A stretch of DNA of 64,000 nt. It comes from Acetobacteraceae bacterium (lineage in GTDB: Bacteria; Pseudomonadota; Alphaproteobacteria; Acetobacterales; Acetobacteraceae). Positions 48,983 to 58,031 of this stretch are shown here, one piece after another. Below the pieces are notes generated by a model, which saw only the letters and a list, made by a program, of their open reading frames with translations, was not told the DNA's origin and made no database searches. A program made the position numbers and the translations under genes. The stretch spans positions 2,203 through 66,202 of the forward strand of contig DATKQI010000279.1 of assembly GCA_035532755.1 (NCBI GenBank). Direction: 5' to 3'. The first letter of the stretch is position 1. Each line of letters opens with the position of its first letter.

Positions 48983-49078
48983 TGGATCACCTCCTTTCAG
49001 TTTGTTGAACACCACGGAAGTCTGCCATCCGGCGCCTACGAGTCGCAACATGCTTGTGGACCGGTATAGTGCGTCCTC

Positions 49079-49537
49079 ATGGAAGAACCGGTGATCTCGA
49101 CCATCGGCTACGAAGGCCTGCCACCACCGGATTTCGTGCATATCCTGCGCGCGGCCGGCATCGCCTTCGTGGTCGATGTGCGGGCGATCGCCAATTCCCG
49201 TCGTCCCGGCTATGCGAAGCGTGCTCTGGCCGCGGTGCTGGAACAGGCAGGCATTGCCTATCTGCACCTGCCGGCGCTGGGCACGCCGAGGGAGGGGCGG
49301 GAAGCGGTGCGCACCGGCCGTCCGGCGGTCATGCGGCGGATCTATGCCACCCATCTCGCCACCGCACCGGCGCAGGCTGCGCTGGCAGACCTCGTCGCAG
49401 TGGCACGAGAGCGACCCAGTTGCCTGTTGTGCCTGGAAGCCGATCCGGCCCATTGCCATCGCACACTCGTCGCGGATGCGTTGGCCGCGAACTGGGGCTT
49501 CACGGTGCGGCACCTGCCGCAATCCGACGGCTGCTGA
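49079..49537 (+). CDS. DUF488 domain-containing protein
   Basis: Reads ISTIGYEG...VVDVRAIANSRRPGYAK...LLCLEADPAHCHR, characteristic of DUF488. Confidence 0.8.
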   Translation: MEEPVISTIGYEGLPPPDFVHILRAAGIAFVVDVRAIANSRRPGYAKRALAAVLEQAGIAYLHLPALGTPREGREAVRTGRPAVMRRIYATHLATAPAQAALADLVAVARERPSCLLCLEADPAHCHRTLVADALAANWGFTVRHLPQSDGC

Positions 49538-50501
49538 CCGCGCGCCGCTGCCGCCAGACATGGCCGGCTTCGGCTTCCGCCGCCGCGGGATCGGCTACCC
49601 GGCCAAGCGCCAGCAGCGCGAGCGCGATGGTGCCGCACACGACTGCCTCCGCGGGGCTGTTCGCCTCGTCGCGCCAGAGCGGCACAAGGTCCGCCGCCTC
49701 CCCCCGGAAAGCCGGGGCGATGGCCGGAAACGATGTCTCAAATCGGCCGGATGCGCTGTCCCAGACCGAGGCACGACAGGGCTTTGCCGGGTTGCGCTCC
49801 GCCTCGCCGCCCGCCCCCTTCACCACAGTCAGCCGCGGCCGACCCAGCGCCTCCGCCACACCCAGATGCAGCGTGACATAAGGTGGATGGAACACACCGT
49901 CGATCGCCGCCGCCGCACCTGCCGGATCGAGCAGTCGTGCGATGGTGTTTACCGGGGAGCGCAACCCCAGCACGGTGCGCAAGTCCAGCAGCGCCTGTAG
50001 CCGCGCCGACAGCACGGGCAAGGGCAGGAAGGCGAAGCCGCTTGCGTGCATCCGGTCCTCCGCCTCGGCCATGTTGCGTGCCGGTGCGCGCCCCAATGCC
50101 GCCAGCGCCGTATCGACATGCATCCCGGCGGCGAAATCATGCGCCCCGTGCATCAACACGCGCTCGCCCGCATCGGCCAGCGCCAGGGCGGCCAGCAGGA
50201 ACCAGGGCGCGGCGCGGGTGCGACCGGCGCCATAGCTCGGCCAATCGAGGCTCGGCACCGGCCCTCGCCAGGGCGGCAGCGTTGCCCGCGCCGCCTCGAC
50301 CATGCCCGCCGTCTCGTCGATGCTCTCGCCGCGCAGGCGCAGCAGCATCAGCAGCGCGCCCACCTGATGCGGGTCTGCCTCGCCCGCCAGCACTAGCGTC
50401 ATGGCCTCGCCGGCCTCCGCCCGCGTCAACGCACGGCCGCGCCCGGGGCCGCGCCCGAGTGTCGCCACCAGTTCTGCAAGCCGCGCGCGCCCGTCAGGCA
50501 A
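49500..50501 (-). CDS. glycosyl transferase family 3 protein, TrpD-paralog (TrpD2/YbiB-like)
   Basis: N-terminal helical domain (LTRAEAGEAMTLVLAGEADPHQVGALLMLLRLRGESIDETAG) and GLRSPVNT / GVFHPPY core motifs. Its start overlaps the cobA stop by 8 nt. Confidence 0.7.
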   Translation of the reverse strand: MPDGRARLAELVATLGRGPGRGRALTRAEAGEAMTLVLAGEADPHQVGALLMLLRLRGESIDETAGMVEAARATLPPWRGPVPSLDWPSYGAGRTRAAPWFLLAALALADAGERVLMHGAHDFAAGMHVDTALAALGRAPARNMAEAEDRMHASGFAFLPLPVLSARLQALLDLRTVLGLRSPVNTIARLLDPAGAAAAIDGVFHPPYVTLHLGVAEALGRPRLTVVKGAGGEAERNPAKPCRASVWDSASGRFETSFPAIAPAFRGEAADLVPLWRDEANSPAEAVVCGTIALALLALGRVADPAAAEAEAGHVWRQRRAVSSRRIAAGAAP

Positions 50502-51264
50502 TTTTCCGCACCTCGCCTATCGCAATCGCCCGTCGCTCCAGCACGGTGCCAATCAATACCAGGGTGGGGCCTTCGAGCCCCGCCACGGCTTCTGGCAAAT
50601 CTGCCACCCGCGCGTCGATCCGACGCTCGGCCGGCAGCGTGGCGTTCTCCACCGCTACCGCCGGCGTGCCGGGCGGCAGTCCGGAAGCGAGAAGCTGCGC
50701 GACGAGGCCAGGCATCGCACGCACGCCCATATACACCGCGAGCGTCCCGCCGCCCGCTGCCAGCGCCGCCCAATCCTCCGCGCTGCCCGGCCCTTGCCGG
50801 CCGTGGCCGGTGACGAAATGCAGCCGATGGGCCACGTCCCGATGCGTCAGCGGCACGCGCAGGCTGGCGGCCACGGCGCAGGCGGTGGTGATCCCCGGCA
50901 CCACCTCCACCCCGATCCCTGCCTGTTCCAGGCACTCGATCTCCTCACCACCACGACCGAAGATGGATGGGTCGCCGCCCTTGAGCCGCACCACATGTGC
51001 GCCGCCGCGTACGTGGTCCAGGATCAGCCGGTTGATCGCCGCCTGGCTCATCGCATGCCGCCCGCAGCGCTTGCCCACGTCGATCCGCCGGGCATGTGCG
51101 GGCGCGAGATCGAGCACCCCGGGGCCAACCAGCCTGTCGAACAGCACCACATCGGCTTGTTGCAGCACACGCAACGCCCGCATCGTCAGCAGCTCCGGAT
51201 CGCCCGGCCCGGCGCCGATCAGGCTCACCCGGCCGGCACGATCAGGCGGCGAGTGTGGGGGCAT
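50494..51264 (-). CDS. cobA: uroporphyrinogen-III C-methyltransferase (siroheme branch)
   Basis: Reads VSLIGAGPGDPELLT...VVRLKGGDPSIFGRGGEE...VVPGITT. I chose the start at MPPHSPP (51264). Confidence 0.85.
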   Translation of the reverse strand: MPPHSPPDRAGRVSLIGAGPGDPELLTMRALRVLQQADVVLFDRLVGPGVLDLAPAHARRIDVGKRCGRHAMSQAAINRLILDHVRGGAHVVRLKGGDPSIFGRGGEEIECLEQAGIGVEVVPGITTACAVAASLRVPLTHRDVAHRLHFVTGHGRQGPGSAEDWAALAAGGGTLAVYMGVRAMPGLVAQLLASGLPPGTPAVAVENATLPAERRIDARVADLPEAVAGLEGPTLVLIGTVLERRAIAIGEVRKIA

Positions 51265-53833
51265 CGCGCAGAATCCTCTCCAGTTCGGGCACGCAGGTGC
51301 CGCAATGGGTGCCGGCCCGCAGTGCCGCCCCGATGGCGGCAACAGAGGCAAGCCCACCGCGCGCCACGGCCTGTTGCAGCGTGATCAGCCCCACTGCGAA
51401 ACAACTGCACACGATTGCCCCGCCCGGTTGCGCCACCGCGCCCCGCCCGGCCAGCAGCGCCTGTGCGTCTTCGCCCGCGAACAGGGCGGCGAGCGCGGCG
51501 CGATCGGGCAGGGGAGTGCCGCCGGCCGCCATGAACACGGCCGCCTGCAAGGCGCCCTCGCGCAGCAGCGCCAGCCGGAACATTCCGCGGCCGCTATCCT
51601 CGACCTCGATCCGCTGATCGCCCGCGCCCGCGCCAACCAGCGCGGCCGCGCTCGCCGGCGCTTCCCACCCCGCCAGCGTCAACGCATGCCCGCCCGCCAC
51701 CGGCACGCGCGACCAATACAGCGGACCCTCCGGGACGACCGGCGTGCGGCTGAGCAGGATCGCACGCCACAGGATCGGCAGCCGCTCCACTTGCGCGGGC
51801 GTCGCCTTCAGCTCGGGCTGGCCGGAGATGGGGTCGAGCGCGGTCGCGATCAGCCGCCCCACCGGGCCTGCGGAGACATGCGCATCCGTCCAGTGAATCG
51901 GGAGAAACACCTCGCCCGATCGCTGCGCCATACTCACCGAGCCTGTCACCACCGCGCTGCCCGTCGGGGTGGTGATGCGCAACAGATCGCCGGGCGCGAT
52001 GCGCAGCCGCGCGGCATCGTCCGGGGCGAGTGCGAGCGTCGGTGCATCGATATGCGTGAGCAGCCGTCCGATCCGTCCGGTGCGCGTCATCGTGTGCCAC
52101 TGGTCGCGCACGCGGCCGGTGTTGAGCACGAACGGGAAGGTCGCATCGGCCGCCCGCGCCGGTGCCCGCCACCGCACGGGAACGCAGCGCGCGCGCCCAT
52201 CGGGCGTGGGAAACCCGCCCGCGCCGAACAGCCGCGCTGGCCCGGCAACCGGCCAGCGTGTCGGCGAAAGCGCGTCGTACGCAGCGTCCGGCAACCCGGC
52301 CAGCGCGCCAAGATCGAAAATCCGCGTGCCGTCGTTCTCGAAACCCGACAGGGCAGCGTGTTCGCGGAAGATCGCGGCCACGCCCGGCCAGCCGAATTCG
52401 GGCGCGAAGCCCATCCGTTGCGCCACCTGTGCCAGTGCCCACCAATCCGGCCGCGCCACACCCGGTGCTGCGCGGAAGCGGCGCTGGCGGGAGATCACGC
52501 GCTCCGAATTCGTCACCGTGCCGTCCTTCTCTCCCCAGCCGGCGGCAGGCAGAACAAGATCGGCGCAGGCGGTGGTTTCGGTCGGCCAGCAATCGGAAAC
52601 CACCACGAATTCGCAGCGCCCGAGAGCGGTGCGCACTGCGCCTATATCCGGCAGGCTTGCCGCCGGGTTGGTGCCGATGATCCACAGCGCCCGCAACCGT
52701 CCATCCCCCGCCGCGGCGAACATCTCGGTCGCCTTCAGCCCCGGCCGTTCCGCGATGCGCGCGGCATTCCAGAACCGGCGCAGCCGGTCGCGGTCCGCCG
52801 GTTCGTCGAGCCGCAGATGGGCCGCAAGCTGCGTCGCCAGCCCGCCCACCTCCCGCCCGCCCATCGCGTTCGGCTGGCCGGTGAGAGAGAACGGCCCCAT
52901 CCCCGCCCGGCCGATCCGTCCGGTGGCCAGATGGCAGTTGATGATGGCGTTGACCTTGTCGGTCCCCGCGATCGATTGGTTCACGCCCTGGGAGAACGCG
53001 GTCACGCTGCGTTCGGTTTTGGCGAACAGCGCGTAGAACCGCCGGATATCCGCCGGATCGAGGTCAGTGCCGGCGGCGACCTGATCGATCCCGGCCTCCG
53101 CCCGAGCCGCCGCCACCGCCGCGTCCAGCCCCGCCACGTGACGCGCCACCCAGTCCTCCGCGATCGCCCCCGACTCGGCGAGAAACGCAAGCAGCCCGTT
53201 GAACAGCAGCACATCGCTGCCCGGGCGGAGGGCAAGATGCAGATCCGCCGCCTCCGCCGTCTCGGTCCGTCGTGGATCGATCACCACGAGCTTCGCGTCA
53301 CGTCTCGCGCGCATTCTCTGGAACAGCACCGGATGGCACCAGGCGGCATGGCTGCCGACCAGCACCACCAGGTCGGCCTGCTCGAAATCCTCGTAGACGC
53401 CCGGCACCACATCCTCGCCGAACGCCCGCAGATGCCCCGCCACGGAGGAGGCCATGCACAGCCGCGAATTGGTGTCGATGTTGGCGCTGCCGATAAACCC
53501 CTTCATCAGCTTGTTGGCAACGTAATAATCTTCCGTCAGGCATTGGCCGGAGACGTACAGCCCCACCGAATCCGGCCCGGCTGCGGCAATGGCGGCGGCG
53601 AACTCATGGGCGATCAGGTCGGTCGCGACCTCCCATGTCACCGGCTTGCCATGCAGCAGCGGCGTGGTGAGCCGCTCCGCATCGTTCAGCGTGTCGCCCA
53701 GTGCCGCACCCTTCACGCACAGCCTCCCGGCGTTGGCCGGATGATCGGGGTCGCCTGCGATGGTTCCGTCTGGCCGGGCGAGCACGCCGCAACCCACGCC
53801 ACAATAGGGGCAGGTGGTGCGCACCACGGTCAT
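51242..53833 (-). CDS. nasA: assimilatory nitrate reductase catalytic subunit (molybdopterin oxidoreductase) with C-terminal BFD-like [2Fe-2S] domain
   Basis: N-terminal 4Fe-4S motif TTCPYCGVGCG...C..KG and MopB domains. The C-terminal block is CSCFAV...CGTCVPE. Confidence 0.9.
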   Translation of the reverse strand: MTVVRTTCPYCGVGCGVLARPDGTIAGDPDHPANAGRLCVKGAALGDTLNDAERLTTPLLHGKPVTWEVATDLIAHEFAAAIAAAGPDSVGLYVSGQCLTEDYYVANKLMKGFIGSANIDTNSRLCMASSVAGHLRAFGEDVVPGVYEDFEQADLVVLVGSHAAWCHPVLFQRMRARRDAKLVVIDPRRTETAEAADLHLALRPGSDVLLFNGLLAFLAESGAIAEDWVARHVAGLDAAVAAARAEAGIDQVAAGTDLDPADIRRFYALFAKTERSVTAFSQGVNQSIAGTDKVNAIINCHLATGRIGRAGMGPFSLTGQPNAMGGREVGGLATQLAAHLRLDEPADRDRLRRFWNAARIAERPGLKATEMFAAAGDGRLRALWIIGTNPAASLPDIGAVRTALGRCEFVVVSDCWPTETTACADLVLPAAGWGEKDGTVTNSERVISRQRRFRAAPGVARPDWWALAQVAQRMGFAPEFGWPGVAAIFREHAALSGFENDGTRIFDLGALAGLPDAAYDALSPTRWPVAGPARLFGAGGFPTPDGRARCVPVRWRAPARAADATFPFVLNTGRVRDQWHTMTRTGRIGRLLTHIDAPTLALAPDDAARLRIAPGDLLRITTPTGSAVVTGSVSMAQRSGEVFLPIHWTDAHVSAGPVGRLIATALDPISGQPELKATPAQVERLPILWRAILLSRTPVVPEGPLYWSRVPVAGGHALTLAGWEAPASAAALVGAGAGDQRIEVEDSGRGMFRLALLREGALQAAVFMAAGGTPLPDRAALAALFAGEDAQALLAGRGAVAQPGGAIVCSCFAVGLITLQQAVARGGLASVAAIGAALRAGTHCGTCVPELERILRDAPTLAA

Positions 53834-54144
53834 TCGGTGACCGCCAGAAGCACGCGCGCGCCCTCCAGCCGAACAACCACCACCTGTGCGCAGCCGTGAT
53901 CGGGCGCGACCGCTTCGCCGGTCGCCAGTTCGATCACCCAGTTATGCAGCGGGCAGGTCACGCGCGCATCGTGCACGATGCCATGCGAGAGCGGCCCGCC
54001 CTTGTGCGGGCAGCGGTCCACCAGCGCGAACACGTCGTCGGCGCCGGTGCGAAACACCGCCACGGGCCCTGCCGGCGTGCCGACCCGGATCGATCCGCGG
54101 GGCGGGATATCGGCCAGCGTGCCGACATCGCGCCAGACGAGCAT
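53830..54144 (-). CDS. nirD: nitrite reductase [NAD(P)H] small subunit (Rieske-like)
   Basis: 104 aa with CPHKGGPLSHG...CPLHNW. I chose the start at MLVWRDVG. Confidence 0.85.
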   Translation of the reverse strand: MLVWRDVGTLADIPPRGSIRVGTPAGPVAVFRTGADDVFALVDRCPHKGGPLSHGIVHDARVTCPLHNWVIELATGEAVAPDHGCAQVVVVRLEGARVLLAVTE

Positions 54145-54149
54145 GCCGC

Positions 54150-56573
54150 TCACGCCGGCACCGAAGCGCGCCGCTTCGCCGCCTCCTCGGCCCAGGGGTC
54201 GCGCTGCAGCAGCGCCTGCGCATGCCGGAAGCGCGCGGCCAATGCGGTGCGGCCCTCCGCATCCTCGGCGATGGACTGCCGTACATGGGCGATGCCCACG
54301 CGCTCCACCCACGGCGCGGTGCGCTCGAGATAGCGCGCCTCCTCCCGGTAGAGCTGCAGGAAGGCCGCACAGTATTCCAGCACCTGCTCGGCGGTCTCCA
54401 CCTTGCACAACAGATCGGTGGGGCGGACCTTGATGCCGCCGTTGCCGCCCACGTGCAGCTCCCACCCGCTGTCCACGGCGACCACGCCGAAATCCTTGAT
54501 CGTCGCCTCCGCGCAGTTGCGTGGACAGCCAGACACGGCAAGCTTCACCTTGTGCGGATGCCATGATCCCCAGGTCATCCTCTCCAGTGCAATGCCCATG
54601 GCGGTGGAATCCTGCGTGCCGAACCGGCACCATTCCGATCCCACGCAGGTCTTCACCGTGCGCAGCGCCTTGCCGTAGGCGTGGCCGGAGACCATTCCCG
54701 CCGCGTTCAGATCATGCCATACGTCCGCGAGCTGCTCGCGCGGCACGCCCAGCAGATCGATGCGCTGCCCGCCCGTCACCTTCACCGTCGGGATCGCGTA
54801 TTTATCGACCACATCAGCAATCGCGCGCAATTCGCCCGCACTGGTCACGCCGCCCCACATGCGCGGCACGACCGAGAACGTGCCATCCTTCTGGATGTTC
54901 GCGTGCTCCCGCTCGTTGACGAAGCGGGATTGCGGGTCGTCGGCATATTCTTCGGGAAAGGCGCACAGCAGATAGAAGTTCAGCGCCGGCCGGCACGATG
55001 CGCAGCCATCCGGCGTGGTCCAGCCAAGTGCCTCCATCGTCTGCGGAATGGTTCTGAACCCTTCGGCAACGATCCGTCTGCGCACCGTATCGTGGCCGAG
55101 CGCGGTGCATTTGCACATCGGCTTCTCGCCCACAGGGGCCGCATAGCGCTCGCCCAGCGCCTCGCGCAACAGGCCCTCCACGGCGCCGGCGCAACTGCCG
55201 CATGACGCCGAGGCCTTCGTATGCGCCCGCACGGCCTCGACGGTGGAGAGCCCATGCGCCGTGATCGCGGCCAGGATCGTGCCCTTGCTCACGCCGTTGC
55301 AGCCGCAGATCTCCGCGCTGTCCGCCAGCACGGGCACTCCAGCGGCGGGCGCATCGGCAAAAGCGGGGCCGAAGATCAGCCCATCGCGCAGGGCGGAAAC
55401 ATCCTGCCCGCTGCGCAGCAGGTCGAAATACCAGGCGGCATCGCGCGCCTCGCCATAGCACAGCACGCCGGCCAACCGCTCGCCCTCCAGCACCAGCCGG
55501 CGATAGCTGCCGCGCGCGGTGTCGCGCAGCACGATGCTCTCGGTCCCGGCCCCGCCTTGGAACCGCCCGGCTGAGAACATCTCGATGCCGGTCACTTTCA
55601 GCCGCGTGCCCGTCACCGCCGGGGTGAAGCCCGTTTCCGCCGTCTCGGTCAGGTGGTCGGCCGCAACCTTCGCCATCTCCCAGATCGGCGCCACCAGCCC
55701 ATAGCAGGCGCCGTCGTGCTCCACGCATTCGCCCACCGCGAAGATCGCCGGGTCGGAGCAGGTCATCGCGTCATCGACGATCACGCCGCGTCCGCAGGCG
55801 ATACCGGCCGCAGCCGCAAGCTGGGTGTTCGCGCGGATGCCGGCCGCCATCACCACAAGGTCGGCCGGCAGCACCGCACCGTCGGCAAGCTGCACCCCGC
55901 GCACCCGGTCCTCGCCCAGCAACGCGGCGGTCTGGGCCTCGAGATGCACGGCAATGCCACGGCGGACGAGGTCCTCCGCCAGCAGTTCGCCGGCGGTCTC
56001 GTCCAGTTGCCGCTCCATCAGATGCGGCATCAAGTGCACCACGTGCACGGCCATGCCCTGCTGGCGCAGCCCCCAGGCTGCCTCCAGCCCCAGCAGCCCG
56101 CCGCCGATCACCACCGCCTGCCGGTGCCGCGCGGCGGCCTGCTGCATCGTTTCCACATCGGCAAGGCTGCGGAACCCGATCACGCCCGGCAACTCCCGCC
56201 CTGGAAGGGGCAGCATCACGGGCAGGGAGCCGGTGGCAAGCAACAGCCGATCATACGATCGCACGGTGCCGCTGGCCCCGCGCACCACCTGGGCGGCACG
56301 GTCGATCGCCGCCACCGCCTCGCCGGCGATCAATTCGATGCCATGCTCGGCATACCAGTCGAAGCCGTGGGTGACGATCTCGGCGAACCGCTTCTCCCCG
56401 GACAGCACCGGAGAGAGCAGGATGCGGTTGTAGTTCGGCAGCGGCTCCGTGCCGAACACGGTGATGTCAAACCGGCCCGGCGCGCGGGCGAGGATTTCCT
56501 CCACCGTGCGGATGCCGGCCATGCCGTTGCCGATCACCACCAGCCGGCGGCGGATGGGTGCGATCATGTTCAT
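54150..56573 (-). CDS. nirB: nitrite reductase [NAD(P)H] large subunit
   Basis: FAD/NAD Rossmann motif VVIGNGMAG, a BFD-like 2Fe-2S block, and a sulfite/nitrite reductase siroheme domain (CPRNCAEA). Confidence 0.93.
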   Translation of the reverse strand: MNMIAPIRRRLVVIGNGMAGIRTVEEILARAPGRFDITVFGTEPLPNYNRILLSPVLSGEKRFAEIVTHGFDWYAEHGIELIAGEAVAAIDRAAQVVRGASGTVRSYDRLLLATGSLPVMLPLPGRELPGVIGFRSLADVETMQQAAARHRQAVVIGGGLLGLEAAWGLRQQGMAVHVVHLMPHLMERQLDETAGELLAEDLVRRGIAVHLEAQTAALLGEDRVRGVQLADGAVLPADLVVMAAGIRANTQLAAAAGIACGRGVIVDDAMTCSDPAIFAVGECVEHDGACYGLVAPIWEMAKVAADHLTETAETGFTPAVTGTRLKVTGIEMFSAGRFQGGAGTESIVLRDTARGSYRRLVLEGERLAGVLCYGEARDAAWYFDLLRSGQDVSALRDGLIFGPAFADAPAAGVPVLADSAEICGCNGVSKGTILAAITAHGLSTVEAVRAHTKASASCGSCAGAVEGLLREALGERYAAPVGEKPMCKCTALGHDTVRRRIVAEGFRTIPQTMEALGWTTPDGCASCRPALNFYLLCAFPEEYADDPQSRFVNEREHANIQKDGTFSVVPRMWGGVTSAGELRAIADVVDKYAIPTVKVTGGQRIDLLGVPREQLADVWHDLNAAGMVSGHAYGKALRTVKTCVGSEWCRFGTQDSTAMGIALERMTWGSWHPHKVKLAVSGCPRNCAEATIKDFGVVAVDSGWELHVGGNGGIKVRPTDLLCKVETAEQVLEYCAAFLQLYREEARYLERTAPWVERVGIAHVRQSIAEDAEGRTALAARFRHAQALLQRDPWAEEAAKRRASVPA

Positions 56574-56583
56574 CGCGCGCGCC

Positions 56584-57804
56584 CTAGATCCGTACGGCGC
56601 CGGTCGCGCCCGCCGCGTTCGTCCCCCACGTCGCGCGCCAACGGCGCTTTGCCACCGACAGGCCGAGCAGCGCCACCACCGCGAGCAGCGCGAAGATCAG
56701 GAAGCCCGACTGGTACGATCCGGTGATCTGCTTCGAATACCCAAGGCTGGAGGCGAGATAGAACCCGCCGATTCCGCCGGCCATGCCGACAAGCCCGGTC
56801 ATCACCCCGATCTCCCGGCCGAAGCGCTGCGGCACAAGCTGGAACACCGCGCCATTGCCCGCTCCGAGCGCCAGCATGGCGATCACGAACACGCCGAGCG
56901 CCATCGCGGCCGTCGGCAACCCCAGGCTGATCGCCGCGAGCGCGGCGGCGGCGATCACGTAAAGGCCGGTCAGCGCCCGCACCCCGCCGATCCGGTCGGC
57001 CAGCGCCCCGCCCACCGGGCGGACCATCGAGCCGGCGAACACGCAGGCAGCGGTGGCATAGCCGGCCGCCACCGGCGCCAGCCCATACTGATCGTGGAAA
57101 TAGATGGTGAGCGAGGAGGCAAGGCCGACGAAACCGCCGAACGTCACGCTGTAGAACAGCATGAGCCACCATGCGTCCGCATGCCGCAGAACCTTGAAGT
57201 AGTTCGGCAGCGGCTTCGGCGCCGGCTGGTTCGGGCTGTTCCGCGCCATCGCCAGATACAGCGCCAGCACGATCGCGAGCGGGATGGCGGCGAGACCGAA
57301 CACCGCATTCACGCCCACGGCCGCCGCCAGCCCGGGCGCGAAGAGTGCGGCGAGCACGGTGCCGGAATTGCCCGCCCCGGCGATGCCGAGCGCGACGCCC
57401 TGATATTCCGGCGGATACCACCGCGAGGCGAGCGGCAGCGCGACGGCGAAGGACGCGCCGGCCACCCCCAGCACGACACCCATCGCCAGCACCGCATGGA
57501 AGCTCGGCAGCCCGAACGCCCAGGCCGCCAGCAGCCCCGCGATCACGATCGTCTGCCCGAGCACTCCGGCAATCTTCGGCCCCATCCGATCGACCAGGAT
57601 GCCGCAAGCCACCCGCAGCACTGCCCCGGCGAGCACCGGAACCGCCACCATCAGCCCCTTCTGTGCGGGATCGAGATGCAGCTTGGCCGCGATCTGCACG
57701 CCCAGCGGCCCGAGCATGACCCAGACCATGAAGCTCAGGTCGAAATACAGGAAGGCGGCGATCAACGTGGGCGTATGACCAGACCGCAGAAAGGATTTCT
57801 TCAT
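56584..57804 (-). CDS. narK: NarK/NasA-family MFS nitrate/nitrite transporter
   Basis: 12-TM MFS protein. I chose the start at MKKSFLRSGH (57804). It is the first gene after the leader. Confidence 0.85.
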   Translation of the reverse strand: MKKSFLRSGHTPTLIAAFLYFDLSFMVWVMLGPLGVQIAAKLHLDPAQKGLMVAVPVLAGAVLRVACGILVDRMGPKIAGVLGQTIVIAGLLAAWAFGLPSFHAVLAMGVVLGVAGASFAVALPLASRWYPPEYQGVALGIAGAGNSGTVLAALFAPGLAAAVGVNAVFGLAAIPLAIVLALYLAMARNSPNQPAPKPLPNYFKVLRHADAWWLMLFYSVTFGGFVGLASSLTIYFHDQYGLAPVAAGYATAACVFAGSMVRPVGGALADRIGGVRALTGLYVIAAAALAAISLGLPTAAMALGVFVIAMLALGAGNGAVFQLVPQRFGREIGVMTGLVGMAGGIGGFYLASSLGYSKQITGSYQSGFLIFALLAVVALLGLSVAKRRWRATWGTNAAGATGAVRI

Positions 57805-58031
57805 GCCATGGCACCCGCGGGCCCGTCTGCTCGGCTGGAGCCTGGCCCGATGCGAACCATCCTTGGTTCGCCATTTCCCGGAACGGCGGGGAAAGCCCCG
57901 CGGCGTCGGACCCACCGCGCCATTGCAGCAGCCCGGCCAGGGCTCAGCCCGGCTCTGGCAGTAGAGCAAGCCTCATGCCAGTGCAGATTCTCGCTCTGAC
58001 CTAGATGCAGCGGGATATTATGCCTATTTTT
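57805..58031 (-). promoter_or_regulatory. 227-nt structured leader of the nitrate assimilation operon; candidate NasT (ANTAR) antitermination target
   Basis: Several GC-rich hairpins occur on the minus strand. One is GCGAACC-AAGGAU-GGUUCGC (57852-57871), a hexaloop with A at position 1 and G at position 4. Confidence 0.4.

Noticed and set aside
48982-48998. 16S rRNA gene fragment.
   Set aside because: Only the terminal 17 nt match. The sequence immediately upstream bears no resemblance to the conserved 16S helix 45 region, so it is treated as an SD/anti-SD-related element rather than an rRNA relic.
49883-53899. 1338-aa plus-strand ORF spanning the nitrate reductase region. Similar very long ORFs occur at 59003-63241, 9977-12052 and 54150-region antisense frames.
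   Set aside because: They run antisense to genes with strong family motifs (nasA, cobA, motA/motB-like, sufB/sufC). Their translations are low-complexity Arg/Ala/Gly/Pro-rich strings. This is the typical stop-codon-poor artefact of high-GC DNA.
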